Assembly: GCA_963777605.1 (NCBI GenBank)
Contig: CAVZRV010000011.1
Location: 320,001 to 384,000 of the forward strand
Length of the DNA stretch: 64,000 bases
Direction of reading: 5' to 3'
Source of the DNA: an uncultured Acidobacteriota bacterium
Lineage (GTDB): Bacteria; Acidobacteriota; UBA6911; RPQK01; JAPXNP01
Shown here one piece after another: positions 28,853-39,170 of this stretch. The position numbers were made by a program, and so were the translations under genes. Under the pieces are notes generated by a model, which saw only the letters and a program-made list of their open reading frames with translations, searched no databases and was not told the origin of the DNA. Position 1 is the first letter of the stretch, and every line of letters begins with the position of its first letter.

Positions 28853-30787
28853 ATGGCAACGAGAAGATTGACTACCGCCCAGGCAATCGTTGAGTTCCTG
28901 CACCACCAGTACGTCGAATTTGACGGCAGAAAATCCAAGTTCGTGAAGGGCTTCTTCGTGCTCTTCGGTCACGGCAACGTGCTGGGACTCGGCCAGGCCC
29001 TGGAGGAAAACCCGGGCGACTTTCAGATCATTCCGGGCCGCAACGAGCAGGGGATGGCCCATGCGGCGATTGGGTTTGCCAAGCAGAAGTTGCGCAAGCA
29101 GATCTTCGCCTGCACGTCCTCAATCGGCCCCGGTGCGGCTAACATGGTTACGGCCGCCGCCACCGCGACCGTGAACCGGATCCCTATCCTGCTGTTCCCG
29201 GGCGACGCCTTCTCCGTCCGCCAGCCTGACCCGGTACTCCAGCAGATCGAACAGCCCCACGACTACTCGATCACCACCAACGATGCCTTCCGGGCGGTCA
29301 GCCGATACTGGGACCGCATCTATCGGCCCGAGCAGGTGATGACGGCCATGATCCAAGCGATGCGCGTGCTGACGAACCCCGCGGACACGGGTGCGGTCAC
29401 CATCTGCCTGCCCCAGGACGTCCAGGGGGAGGCCTACGAATTCCCCGAGTACTTCTTCGAAGAGCGGGTTCACCGGATTGAACGGACGCCGCCGACCGAA
29501 GAGATGATCCAGGATGCCGCCCGTGAGGTCGAACGCTCGAAGAAGCCCCTGCTGATTTGTGGGGGCGGAGTTCGCTACTCCGAGTGCGGAGAGGCCCTGG
29601 CGAAATTCGCCGAGGACTTCAACATCCCGATCGGAGAGACGCAGGCCGGCAAGAGCGCGATTTCCGCGGATCATCCGCTTAACCTTGGTGGCATTGGAAC
29701 GACCGGAAACCTGGCGGCGAACCGGATTGCCAGGGAGGCGGATGTCGTGATCGGGGTCGGCACCCGGTTCACCGACTTCACGACCGCTTCGAAGTGGCTC
29801 TTCCAGAATCCCGGCGTCCGATTCGTGACCATCAACGTCTCCTCTTTCGACGCCCACAAACTCGATGCCGTCCGGGTGACCGCCGATGCCGGCTGCGCTC
29901 TGAATCATCTCGCCGCGGCGCTCGAAGAGGAGGGTTACCAATCCGGGTACGGGAACGAAATCGCGGATGCCCGTAATGCCTGGACCGAGGAGTGGAATCG
30001 GCTTCACTCACTGTCCTTCACCGGGAGCGGTTTCGTGCCCGAAGTCCCGGGTGACCTGGACGAAGTCCTCCCGGAATATTCCGAGGCATTGCGAACCGCC
30101 CTCACCCAGACCCGGGTCCTCGCCGAACTGAACCTCCTTCTCGATGACTCGTCGATCGCAGTCGGCTCGTCGGGAAGCCTGCCGGGCTGCATGCAGAGGA
30201 TGTGGAACGCGCGAAGACCCAACACCTACAACATGGAGTATGGGTTCTCCTGCATGGGATACGAGATTTGCGGAGCACTGGGTGCCAAGTTGGCCGAGCC
30301 GGACCGGGAGGTTTACGCCTTCGTCGGCGATGGTTCGTACATGATGCTCCACTCGGAGCTGATCACATCGATCCAGGAGAACCACAAGATCAACATTCTC
30401 CTGTTCGACAACAACGGTTTCGGCTGCATCAACAACCTTCAGATGGGAATGGGGATGGGGAGCTTCGGTTCGGAATTCCGTTTTCGCAATTCTGCCAGCG
30501 GAAAGACGGACGGCAACCTGATTCCGATCGATTTTGCCCAGAGCGCCGCAGCCTATGGAGCCAAGACCTACAGTGTCCGGACCATCGAGGAACTCCGCGC
30601 TGCGATCGAAGATGCTCGCAGGCAGAAGGTTTCCACTCTGCTCGACATCAAGGTGCTGCCCAAGACAATGACCAACGGGTATGAATCGTGGTGGCGCTGC
30701 GGGGTGGCCCAAACGGCCGAGAAAGAGTCCGTCCAAGCCGCCGGCAGGGAGATGGCCGAAGAGATCCAGAAAGTTCGACAGTACTGA
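28853..30787 (+). CDS. iolD: 3D-(3,5/4)-trihydroxycyclohexane-1,2-dione acylhydrolase (TPP-dependent)
   Basis: [55 protein letters not shown] near the C-terminus. Confidence 0.96.
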   Translation: MATRRLTTAQAIVEFLHHQYVEFDGRKSKFVKGFFVLFGHGNVLGLGQALEENPGDFQIIPGRNEQGMAHAAIGFAKQKLRKQIFACTSSIGPGAANMVTAAATATVNRIPILLFPGDAFSVRQPDPVLQQIEQPHDYSITTNDAFRAVSRYWDRIYRPEQVMTAMIQAMRVLTNPADTGAVTICLPQDVQGEAYEFPEYFFEERVHRIERTPPTEEMIQDAAREVERSKKPLLICGGGVRYSECGEALAKFAEDFNIPIGETQAGKSAISADHPLNLGGIGTTGNLAANRIAREADVVIGVGTRFTDFTTASKWLFQNPGVRFVTINVSSFDAHKLDAVRVTADAGCALNHLAAALEEEGYQSGYGNEIADARNAWTEEWNRLHSLSFTGSGFVPEVPGDLDEVLPEYSEALRTALTQTRVLAELNLLLDDSSIAVGSSGSLPGCMQRMWNARRPNTYNMEYGFSCMGYEICGALGAKLAEPDREVYAFVGDGSYMMLHSELITSIQENHKINILLFDNNGFGCINNLQMGMGMGSFGSEFRFRNSASGKTDGNLIPIDFAQSAAAYGAKTYSVRTIEELRAAIEDARRQKVSTLLDIKVLPKTMTNGYESWWRCGVAQTAEKESVQAAGREMAEEIQKVRQY

Positions 30788-30795
30788 GGTGCACC

Positions 30796-31695
30796 ATGAT
30801 TAACGTTGCCAATGCGCCTTGTTCATGGGGAGTGTTGGAATTCGATCTCGAGGGCAAAACGGCCGGTTTTACCCAGGTTCTGGACGAAATGCGGGAGACC
30901 GGGTACACGGGTACCGAACTGGGAGACTGGGGATTCATGCCGACCGACCCGGACCGCCTTCGCAAGGAACTGGCCTCTCGCGACCTTGAACTTGCAGGCG
31001 CTTTTGTCCCGGTGGCATTCAGCCGGAAGGAGGCTCACCAGCCCGGCATGGAGACTGCTTTGGCCACCGCACGCCTGATGGCTTCCGCCGGGTACGGCGA
31101 GGCCTTCGTGGTTCTCGCCGACGACAACGGCAAGGCCCCGGAACGGACTCGCAACGCCGGACGGATTTCGCCGGAACTGGGGCTCGACAACCAGCGGTGG
31201 GAGACCTTTGCGACAGGTGTGGAACTGGTGGCTTCGCGGGTGAATCAGGAGACCGGTCTTCGATCGGTGTTCCATCACCACGCTGCCGGCTACGTCGAGA
31301 CGCCGGCGGAAATCGACCAGCTGCTGGCCCGCACCAGTGCCGACCTGGTCGGGCTCGTCCTCGACACTGGTCACCTTTCGTTGGGCGGAGGTGACCCCCT
31401 CGACTGCCTTCGCCGGTATTCCGACCGGATCTGGCACGTCCATTTCAAGGACTGCAGCGAAGAAGTTTTCCGGCGATCCCGAGCCGGCGACTGGGACTAT
31501 TTTCAGTCGGTTCAGGAGGGGATCTTCTGCGAACTGGGACAGGGACGGGTTGATTTTCGATCCGTCGTAGACGAACTGCGGGCCCAGAAGTACGAAGGAT
31601 GGATCGTCGTGGAACAGGATGTGTTGCCCGGCATGGGCTCACCGGAAGCCTGCGCCCGACGCAATCGGCAATATCTTCAAACGCTCGGACTCTAG
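30796..31695 (+). CDS. iolE: myo-inosose-2 dehydratase (xylose isomerase-like TIM barrel)
   Basis: ANAPCSWG, GYTGTELG, FHHH, LDTGH, HVHFKD, FCELGQG, WIVVEQD. Confidence 0.88.
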   Translation: MINVANAPCSWGVLEFDLEGKTAGFTQVLDEMRETGYTGTELGDWGFMPTDPDRLRKELASRDLELAGAFVPVAFSRKEAHQPGMETALATARLMASAGYGEAFVVLADDNGKAPERTRNAGRISPELGLDNQRWETFATGVELVASRVNQETGLRSVFHHHAAGYVETPAEIDQLLARTSADLVGLVLDTGHLSLGGGDPLDCLRRYSDRIWHVHFKDCSEEVFRRSRAGDWDYFQSVQEGIFCELGQGRVDFRSVVDELRAQKYEGWIVVEQDVLPGMGSPEACARRNRQYLQTLGL

Positions 31696-31709
31696 AGGTA
31701 GCGCACAAA

Positions 31710-32726
31710 ATGAGCAAGTTGACAGTGGGCGTTGCGGGTGCGGGAAGGATTGGAAAAGTACATGTGGGAACCCTCGTTCGGAACTTGCCCGAGGTGCATG
31801 TTGCGGCGATTACCGACCCGCGCGGGGAGGAGGCCCGGAAGGTTGCCGAACAGCACAGCATACCGGCGATCAAGAGGGATTTCGACGAACTCGTGCAGGA
31901 TCCCGAAATCGACGCGGTACTGATCTGTTCACCGACGGATACCCACGCCGACTACATCATCGCGGCGGCCCGGGCGGGAAAGAACATCTTCTGCGAGAAA
32001 CCGGTAGCCCTCTCCCTCGACGTCATTCGTCAGGCACTCGAGGCGGTGAACCAATGCGGCGTTCGCATGATGATCGGATTCAACCGTCGATTCGACGCCA
32101 ACTTCCAGAAGGTCCGCAGCCTGGTCGAGAATGGCGACCTCGGAGACCTCCACATCCTGAAAATTACCAGCCGGGACCCGGCTCCACCACCGCCGGAGTA
32201 CATTTCGGCTTCCGGAGGAATGTTCCTGGACATGACGATCCACGATTTCGATATGGCCCGGTTTGTCACCGGCAGCGAAGTGGTACAGGTTTCGGCGGAA
32301 GCAGGTGTCCTGGTTGACCCGCGAATCGGGGAACAGGGTGACGTCGACACCGCAGTGATCACTCTCCGGTTCGAGAACGGCGCTCTTGGCGTGATCGACA
32401 ACAGCCGCCGGGCCTGCTACGGGTACGACCAGCGCCTCGAGCTGTTCGGCTCCAAAGGTATGGTTCGAATCGACAATTGCCGTCACGACACTCACGAATT
32501 CTTCGACGCTGCCGGCTCGCAGGGATCTCTTCCACTCGATTTCTTCATGGACCGCTACGCTCAGTCCTACGCGACGGAACTGAAGGCCTTTGTACGGTCC
32601 CTGCTCGAAGGTTCCGAATTCCCCGTGTCGGGTGACGACGGACTGCTTTCGGTGGCGATCGGCCTGGCTGCCCGGCGATCAGTAGATGAACACCGTCCGG
32701 TCAAGATGAGCGAGATTCTCGGGTAG
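31710..32726 (+). CDS. iolG: inositol 2-dehydrogenase (Gfo/Idh/MocA)
   Basis: GAGRIGKVH, CSPTDTH, FCEKP, GFNRRFD, SRDP, DMTIHDFD, YGYDQRLE, FFMDRY. Confidence 0.95.
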   Translation: MSKLTVGVAGAGRIGKVHVGTLVRNLPEVHVAAITDPRGEEARKVAEQHSIPAIKRDFDELVQDPEIDAVLICSPTDTHADYIIAAARAGKNIFCEKPVALSLDVIRQALEAVNQCGVRMMIGFNRRFDANFQKVRSLVENGDLGDLHILKITSRDPAPPPPEYISASGGMFLDMTIHDFDMARFVTGSEVVQVSAEAGVLVDPRIGEQGDVDTAVITLRFENGALGVIDNSRRACYGYDQRLELFGSKGMVRIDNCRHDTHEFFDAAGSQGSLPLDFFMDRYAQSYATELKAFVRSLLEGSEFPVSGDDGLLSVAIGLAARRSVDEHRPVKMSEILG

Positions 32727-32876
32727 TCTGCGAAGGCGTCGGAACTCCCGTTCCCCAATACCCTTGGCGCCATTCGCGGTGAAGATCAAGACTTCCGATT
32801 GGATTTTAAGGAACGGGACTCGCCGGGCAAGCTGCCGGGTCGACATCCCAGGTAGAGTTGCCTGGATGACTCCTCT

Positions 32877-32897
32877 CCAGGTGCCAGAAACTAGGAA
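32877..32897 (-). repeat. degenerate heptamer tandem repeat
   Basis: The minus strand reads ttcctag tttctgg cacctgg just after the GH172 stop; same type as 13134-13154. Confidence 0.45.
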
Positions 32898-32913
32898 CTC
32901 GGGCTGACTGAAG

Positions 32914-35034
32914 TCACTTCTTGATCGGCTGAATCCACAGGAAATCGAGGCCGATAGCGGCCTGGCTGACGGCCGGACCGTTCCTGAGAAACTCCAATTC
33001 GACCTCCTGGGGCCCTGAGGCGAGAGGTCCCTCGTAAATGGTGAAGTCCCTCGAAAGGGTTCGGAAGGGCCGGTGGAGGTCAATTGGTTCCGGTTCCTTC
33101 ACCGCGTCCTCGCCTGCCACCAGTTTCGCGCGCACGACACCCGACCGGGGACTGAGCCCGGCAACGAGGTGCACGCGATATTTTCCGGAATCGGGCACCG
33201 GGAACTGAAGGTTGACTCGCTCTCCCGTACGGTTCGGGTGCCACAGCAGCAATCGCCCTCCCTCCCAGATTGGAGCCGACTCGAAAGAAGTTGTCACGGC
33301 CGACCTGAGTAACTTTTCGACCGGCAAGAAAGTGGCTCCGGCCGCCCCCATTCTGGCCGCCGGTTCCCAGCCCTCAGGAAGCGAAGGAACATAGAGATCG
33401 GCAGATTTCGGAGCGAGGTGGTCGTCGGTCAGTCCCGGCTTCCCATAGTGATAGAGAATCCGCGAGTAGGAGAGTTCCGGGACCCGCTCGTGACTGTAGA
33501 GTTCCATATAGAAGGAAAGCCGCTCCTGGAACGGGAGCGAATCCAGAATCTGCCACCGCTGATTGGCTACATACCCCCGGTTGCCCGGACCATCATTCCG
33601 GGGTTGCCCGCAGTACGGAAATTCAAAGATGTCGGGGGACGACCACGAGTAGTTGTAGAAGTCTTCCGAACCGGTGCCGAAGGTGCTCGGCAAAACGTCG
33701 TTATCCACGAAGATCTTCTCGTCACCTTCCCCCCACCAATTTCCGTACGAAGTGGGCACCGGGCTCGGGTTGACGACGTAGGATACGGCACCCACCACTA
33801 CTCCCCGCCCGGCGGCGAGCAGGAACGGGAGATCCTGCACGTCCTGGTTGGAGGCGACCAAGTGGTGATCGGACCTCCACTTTGCCCGGAAGTGCATCGA
33901 CCGATCGGCATCCCAATCGTAGGGGATAGTCTCGGCTCGGAGGTGAATGCCAACAGGCTGTTCCCCCTGGTTGGCAAATCGCACCTTCAGATTTTCACGG
34001 TAGGGCATCACGAACCGGCAGACCATGCTCCCGTCCGGCTCGACCGAGAATGGGAGAGAACGATAAGGGTTGATGCCTGGAGCCGCTCCAAAAAAGTCGC
34101 CCACCGGCGATTCGACCTGGGCCGCGGGGAAGTCGTCCGCCACAACTTCGAGAAGGGTCTGGCGCAGCGCCGAATCGATGTCTGCGGCACTGATCCGGAT
34201 TTCGAGACGAGAAAGCGCACCGGGACCTCCCACCAGGGTAAGCACCTCGCGACGATCTCCGGGCGCAACGTTGCCGTCCCACAGGCAATCCGGAACCCCC
34301 TCCTGGATGCTCCTCATCGACTCCGGATCGGCAAGCACCTGCATCGTTCCGGTAATCTCCTTCCGATAATGGAAGAGATCGGAAGGAGAGAAGGTCTTCA
34401 CCCGGGTACCGGCAGGATAGCTGCGCACCTGCACGTGGTAGAAGTGGAGTGTGGCCAGGTTACCGGTCCAAACCAACTTCATCGACTTCTGAAACGGGAT
34501 CGGCGCGTAGGAGGCATCACGCTGGTAAAGGGTACCTTCCATCAGTTCGGAGTCGAGCCCCGAACCCTCGGAAAACACCGAATAGGGTCCCCGAAAAAAG
34601 GTCTCCGCAGGGCCCGCGTACACGGGATCCGAGACGCCGTCGAGATAGAGTCGCAGGCTCCCGGTAATCCCGGCCGTCCAGACTCGCACAATCGCCCCCG
34701 GTCCATCCACAGAGGCCATCAGGTACTCTCCGGAGTCGGTTGAATCGGGCTCCCCGAGAACCTCCAGGAATCCCGGGATTGGTTCCTTGCCGAAACCGTC
34801 GGCATTGGCAAACCAGCCCGGACCCTGCGGGAGGTTGCTCCTCCGGTCATGGGACGAAAACTGGATGGTCTTGAACGGTGGTGACGGGAACCGGGTCAGG
34901 GCTTCCATGTCCACCATCTCGCGGACCAGGGTCCCGGTCGTGACCGGGCCTTCATTAGACTTCGCGAGGACGGGTGTGGGAAGCCCGCTGCCCAATGTAG
35001 CGAAGGCGACAGCGGCGATGATTGATTGTTTCAT
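32914..35034 (-). CDS. DUF2961 / GH172-family glycoside hydrolase with C-terminal beta domain, secreted
   Basis: QFSSHDR, GWFANADG, GPGAIVRVW, PVGDFFG, FVMPY, WWGEGDEKIFVD, FGTGSEDFY. Confidence 0.88.
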   Translation of the reverse strand: MKQSIIAAVAFATLGSGLPTPVLAKSNEGPVTTGTLVREMVDMEALTRFPSPPFKTIQFSSHDRRSNLPQGPGWFANADGFGKEPIPGFLEVLGEPDSTDSGEYLMASVDGPGAIVRVWTAGITGSLRLYLDGVSDPVYAGPAETFFRGPYSVFSEGSGLDSELMEGTLYQRDASYAPIPFQKSMKLVWTGNLATLHFYHVQVRSYPAGTRVKTFSPSDLFHYRKEITGTMQVLADPESMRSIQEGVPDCLWDGNVAPGDRREVLTLVGGPGALSRLEIRISAADIDSALRQTLLEVVADDFPAAQVESPVGDFFGAAPGINPYRSLPFSVEPDGSMVCRFVMPYRENLKVRFANQGEQPVGIHLRAETIPYDWDADRSMHFRAKWRSDHHLVASNQDVQDLPFLLAAGRGVVVGAVSYVVNPSPVPTSYGNWWGEGDEKIFVDNDVLPSTFGTGSEDFYNYSWSSPDIFEFPYCGQPRNDGPGNRGYVANQRWQILDSLPFQERLSFYMELYSHERVPELSYSRILYHYGKPGLTDDHLAPKSADLYVPSLPEGWEPAARMGAAGATFLPVEKLLRSAVTTSFESAPIWEGGRLLLWHPNRTGERVNLQFPVPDSGKYRVHLVAGLSPRSGVVRAKLVAGEDAVKEPEPIDLHRPFRTLSRDFTIYEGPLASGPQEVELEFLRNGPAVSQAAIGLDFLWIQPIKK

Positions 35035-35067
35035 GGACTTGCAAGCAATCATCGCCCATTGTGCGAA

Positions 35068-36464
35068 CTAATTCACCTTCTTTGTGGATTTGGACGATCC
35101 GCTGGTCTCAAGCGTTGCGACCAGGCCTGCCAGGTCCTGGCACCGAAAGACCTCATCGAGGCGATGCTTCTGCTTGAGGACCCCGTGGAAGCGGTCGAGC
35201 GCGTCATCAAGCGGGCCCTTGATAATCCTCTCCCAAATCTCGCTGGAGTGCCGATTCGAATCATCCGGCTGGTAGTTTCGGAACGGTTCGACGTACTCGT
35301 CGTCCGATGCTGTGTCGAATCTCATAATCACCGAGGACTGCACGCCGTTGACGAAGGCCTCTCGCTGCTCCCACAGGTCGTCTCCATGATCGTCAAGGAA
35401 CGTGGCCATGACCTTGGGTTGCCGCATGTTGACGAGGGTCAGCGCCCAGGCGGTCCCGGCAATCACGTTCTGCCGGGCAACCTCATGGGGAGCTTCCTCT
35501 CGTCCCATCTCCACAGCCCGCCAGACCGGGTTTCGGTAGGGGAGAAAGTTGACGAGGAGGAAGTAGATCGCCCTTCCGGTGCCATGCCAGAACAAACCGG
35601 CCGCGGCCTCATCCTTCTCCATCAAGTACCGATCAATCTCGGGGATCAATTCGGAGTGAAACGTCCTCGCGACCAGGCCGAGTGATTCTATGGCGGCTCC
35701 CTCGTAACCCTTCTTCGAGTTGTCATGACAGAGCCTGAGAAATTCGTCAACGGCTCCCCGCAACTCTTCTTCGGGTGTCTTCGAGTTCATTGGCGCCAGG
35801 AGGCGCTGCGCAAACGAAAGACCGATCCCGGCGTGGAGCATCAAGAGGCTCTTGTCCGGGATATTGGCAATTCGATTGCCACGGAGGAGATCCTTGAGTT
35901 CATCGCCCCGTTCCTGAGCCGAATCGGCGTAGTCGTGGCCGAGGCCTTCCACGGCCCACAGGGCCGCGTACGGACCGAGCGCATATGCCTTTTCGACGTA
36001 TTCGGACAAATCGAAATCACCCTCGCGCGGGATCTTCAGCTTCTTCTGAACGCTGCGAACGAGCTGGTAGACATCGACCTTGTTGAGAATCTCACGCCAG
36101 GCAACGAAGGCACTGCTGTCGGGACGGAAGAAACGAAACGACTCAGCCATGTCCCATACGAACTCAGATCCCAGCTGGATGGCGCTGCTGGGACTGTACA
36201 TTGCTGTTGGGGACTTGCGTAGTGGGCCATCGAGTCCATGAACTCGCGCTGAAATTGATCCCCGGCCTCGAAGGCAGCTTTAAAAAGGTCCTCGAGCCGA
36301 TCTTCGGCGGCGAGACCGGCGGGCGCCTTCTCACATTCCGCCTCGGCCTTGCCACCCGACACGGTTCGATAGGTTTCCTGCAGGCCCAATAGCGAAATAG
36401 CCCACGAGTAACTCAGCGTTGATTTGGTCAACTCAAAGATTCCATAGCTCTTATCAGAAGCCAT
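35068..36464 (-). CDS. helical hypothetical protein (distantly DUF1702-like), frameshift near 36209-36212
   Basis: ORF 36036-36464 (N-part, MASDKS...SWAISLLGLQ) joins ORF 35068-36201 (LWAVEGLGH, MLHAGIGLSFA, ESLGLV, FWHGTGRAIYF, AGTAWALTLVN). Confidence 0.7.
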
Positions 36465-36752
36465 CCCCGTCCCCTTTCGGAAAGACTCTATTTCGGCAAA
36501 TCCGGGAGCATGTTGCCATGAATAGGAATAAACGTCTCTTACTATACACTGATATCACTCCCGTAACACAAGTCTTTTCATCTCGATTGAGAATTCAGAC
36601 CGGGCTGAGACTTGACGAAGTGGGGCGATTTCAGTTTCCCCCGATCTGCCGTACACTCTCATCTGGAGTAAAACAGTCCGGACAAGAGATTACGGCCTTG
36701 TGGCGAGATCGTCCACTGTCCGGTTGGGTGACCTGGAAGGGCAGCAGGGACT

Positions 36753-38123
36753 ATGGCGGAAGAAAGTTCAACCAGAAGATTATTCGGAACCGACGGGATT
36801 CGGGGGCGGTCCAACTGCTATCCCATTACTCCTGAAGTTGCGTTGCAGTTGGGGAAGGCGATCGCCCACACCTTTGGTCGCACCGGACAGTCCAGGAAGC
36901 TTGCACTGATCGGCAAGGACACCCGCCTGTCCGGATACATGCTCGAAACCGCCCTGACAAGCGGACTCGTTTCGATGGGAATGGATGTCCTTCTCGCCGG
37001 CCCGACTCCAACCCCGAGTGTCGCCCACCTCACGCGATCAATGAACGCGACGGTGGGAATCATGCTGACGGCCTCCCACAATCCTTTCGACGACAATGGA
37101 ATCAAGATCTTCGACGGCAAGGGTTTCAAACTCTCCGACGAAATCGAGGCCGAGATTGAAGGACTCGTGCTCCGCGGAGAACTGACCAGCGAGCACATTC
37201 GAAGCGAACACCTGGGCAAGGCTTTTCGCATCGAGGATGCCCGGGGCCGCTACATCGAATTTGCCAAGAACACCATTCAGAACGCCAGCCTGGAGGGCCT
37301 GAAGATCGTTCTCGACTGTGCCAACGGTGCCTCCTACCTGATCGGACCCTGGATTTTCCGCGAACTGGGCGCGGCAGTCATCAAGACCGGGGTCGAACCC
37401 GATGGATTCAACATCAACGAAGGGTGCGGCGCATTGCACCCCGAGAACATCGGGAATCTGGTGCGCGAGTGCAGTGCCGACGTCGGCGTAGCGTTCGACG
37501 GCGACGCCGACCGGGTCGTGCTGTGTGACGAGAACGGAAGGGTCATCGACGGCGACAAGCTCGTGGCGATGTGCGCCCTCGACTTTCGGCAGCGGGGCAT
37601 CCTGGCCCGAAACAGCGTCGTGGTCACCGTGATGAGCAACCTGGGATTCCTCGAGGCAATGAAATCTGCCGACATTGAAGTACACACGACCCCCGTTGGA
37701 GACCGACACGTCATCGATAAGATGCGAAGACACGGCTTCAACCTGGGCGGTGAGAAATCGGGCCACATCATCTTCATGGATCATGCCACCACGGGAGATG
37801 GAATTATCGGGGCACTCCAGGTCCTCCGGCTCATGCAGGAAAAGGGTGAGCCGCTCTCCAGGCTGGCCCGGGTGATGGAGGAATACCCGCAGACGTTGGT
37901 GAACATCGACGTCACGCGAAAGGTCCCGGTAGATGAACTCTCCTCTCTGGCGGCGGCGATCCGGGATTGTGAAGTCGAAATGGGAAGCGGCGGACGGGTT
38001 CTTGCCCGGTACTCTGGAACGGAGGACCTGCTGAGAATCGTCGTCGAACACCGCGACCAGAGCCTGGTTGATCGTTGGGCAGGAACTCTCGAGGCGGCGG
38101 CCCGGGAGGGACTCGATCAATGA
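36753..38123 (+). CDS. glmM: phosphoglucosamine mutase
   Basis: LFGTDGIRG, IGKDTRLSGYMLE, TASHNPFDDNGIK, DGDADR, VGDRHV, GGEKSGH, RYSGTE. Confidence 0.96.
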   Translation: MAEESSTRRLFGTDGIRGRSNCYPITPEVALQLGKAIAHTFGRTGQSRKLALIGKDTRLSGYMLETALTSGLVSMGMDVLLAGPTPTPSVAHLTRSMNATVGIMLTASHNPFDDNGIKIFDGKGFKLSDEIEAEIEGLVLRGELTSEHIRSEHLGKAFRIEDARGRYIEFAKNTIQNASLEGLKIVLDCANGASYLIGPWIFRELGAAVIKTGVEPDGFNINEGCGALHPENIGNLVRECSADVGVAFDGDADRVVLCDENGRVIDGDKLVAMCALDFRQRGILARNSVVVTVMSNLGFLEAMKSADIEVHTTPVGDRHVIDKMRRHGFNLGGEKSGHIIFMDHATTGDGIIGALQVLRLMQEKGEPLSRLARVMEEYPQTLVNIDVTRKVPVDELSSLAAAIRDCEVEMGSGGRVLARYSGTEDLLRIVVEHRDQSLVDRWAGTLEAAAREGLDQ

Positions 38124-39049
38124 AGGTGAGGATACTCGATCCCGGGAACCCGGCTTCGCTCGCCCCGCTCACAGCGACCCGCGGCCTGCTGGACTGTTTT
38201 GTTGCCAATCTCACTCTTCACGACCTTCATGAGCAGCGCCTGGAGAAGGCAGGTTTTCGGCTGGCGGGCCGCGATGAAGAGGCCGACCTGGTGATTCGAG
38301 GCGATGCCTGGCTGTCTGAAGAATCGGTTCGCTCCCTGGCAGAGAGCGCCAGGCCCATGGTTCTCGAGACCCCGGCCGGCATCGCCCTGGCCTGGAGCGG
38401 GGGCGAGGCCAGTCCCGGAGGACACTTCGGTCGTCTGGAGGCTCAGCCGGACGATTTTCTGATGATTTACCCGTGGGACCTGCTCCGAGCCAACGAACTG
38501 GTGATTGCCTCCATTGACCGAAACCGGATCGAAGGCACAATCTCGGCCGGAGCCAATTTCGATGGATTCCTCTACCTCGGCCAGGGCAGTATCCTCCTGC
38601 CGGGCACCTACATTGAGGGAAACGTAGTGATCGGTCGGAACTGCCGGATCGGGCCGAACTGCTACCTGCGCGGCAATACCAGCATCGGCGACGGTTGCCG
38701 GATCGGGCACTCGGTAGAAATCAAGAACTCTATGATCTTTCCCGGATCGGCGATCGGCCATCTGTCGTACTGCGGAGATTCGGTGATCGGAAGCCAGGTT
38801 AATTTCGGCGCCGGGACAATTGTGGCGAACTTCCGGCACGACGGCGGCAATCATCGTTCCGAGTCCTCCGGAAAGCTGATCGACACCGGCCGTCGGAAAT
38901 TCGGAACCGTCATGGGAGACGGAGTACACACCGGGATCAATACCAGCATCTATCCCGGCCGAAAGCTCTGGCCCGGTGCTTCAACCCGACCGGGAGACAT
39001 CGTCCGCAAGGACATCCGTTCCGAGGCCGGACCACAGAACGCGAACTGA
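38120..39049 (+). CDS. left-handed beta-helix acyltransferase resembling the C-terminal half of archaeal-type GlmU
   Basis: YPWDLLRANE, hexapeptide repeats, IGPNCYLRG, VEIKNS, HLSYCGDSVIG, NFGAGT, GRRKFG, TGINTSIYPG. No LAAGxGxR nucleotidyltransferase motif. Confidence 0.82.
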   Translation: MKVRILDPGNPASLAPLTATRGLLDCFVANLTLHDLHEQRLEKAGFRLAGRDEEADLVIRGDAWLSEESVRSLAESARPMVLETPAGIALAWSGGEASPGGHFGRLEAQPDDFLMIYPWDLLRANELVIASIDRNRIEGTISAGANFDGFLYLGQGSILLPGTYIEGNVVIGRNCRIGPNCYLRGNTSIGDGCRIGHSVEIKNSMIFPGSAIGHLSYCGDSVIGSQVNFGAGTIVANFRHDGGNHRSESSGKLIDTGRRKFGTVMGDGVHTGINTSIYPGRKLWPGASTRPGDIVRKDIRSEAGPQNAN

Positions 39050-39170
39050 GACTCCCTGCCACCGAGCCAAAGTTCCCCGATACTTCATGGCCATCAGATC
39101 GGCGAGTCTGTCTTTCCAAAATGCTGGACATGCGTGGCCGATTGCGCAAAGCTCATTCAGAAGTACAAAG

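Noticed and set aside
36590-36660. glmS ribozyme upstream of glmM (TTGACGAAGTGGGG resembles the core)
   Set aside because: Lacks the AGCGCC cleavage-site motif and the downstream AUCGA..UCGGCGG elements.
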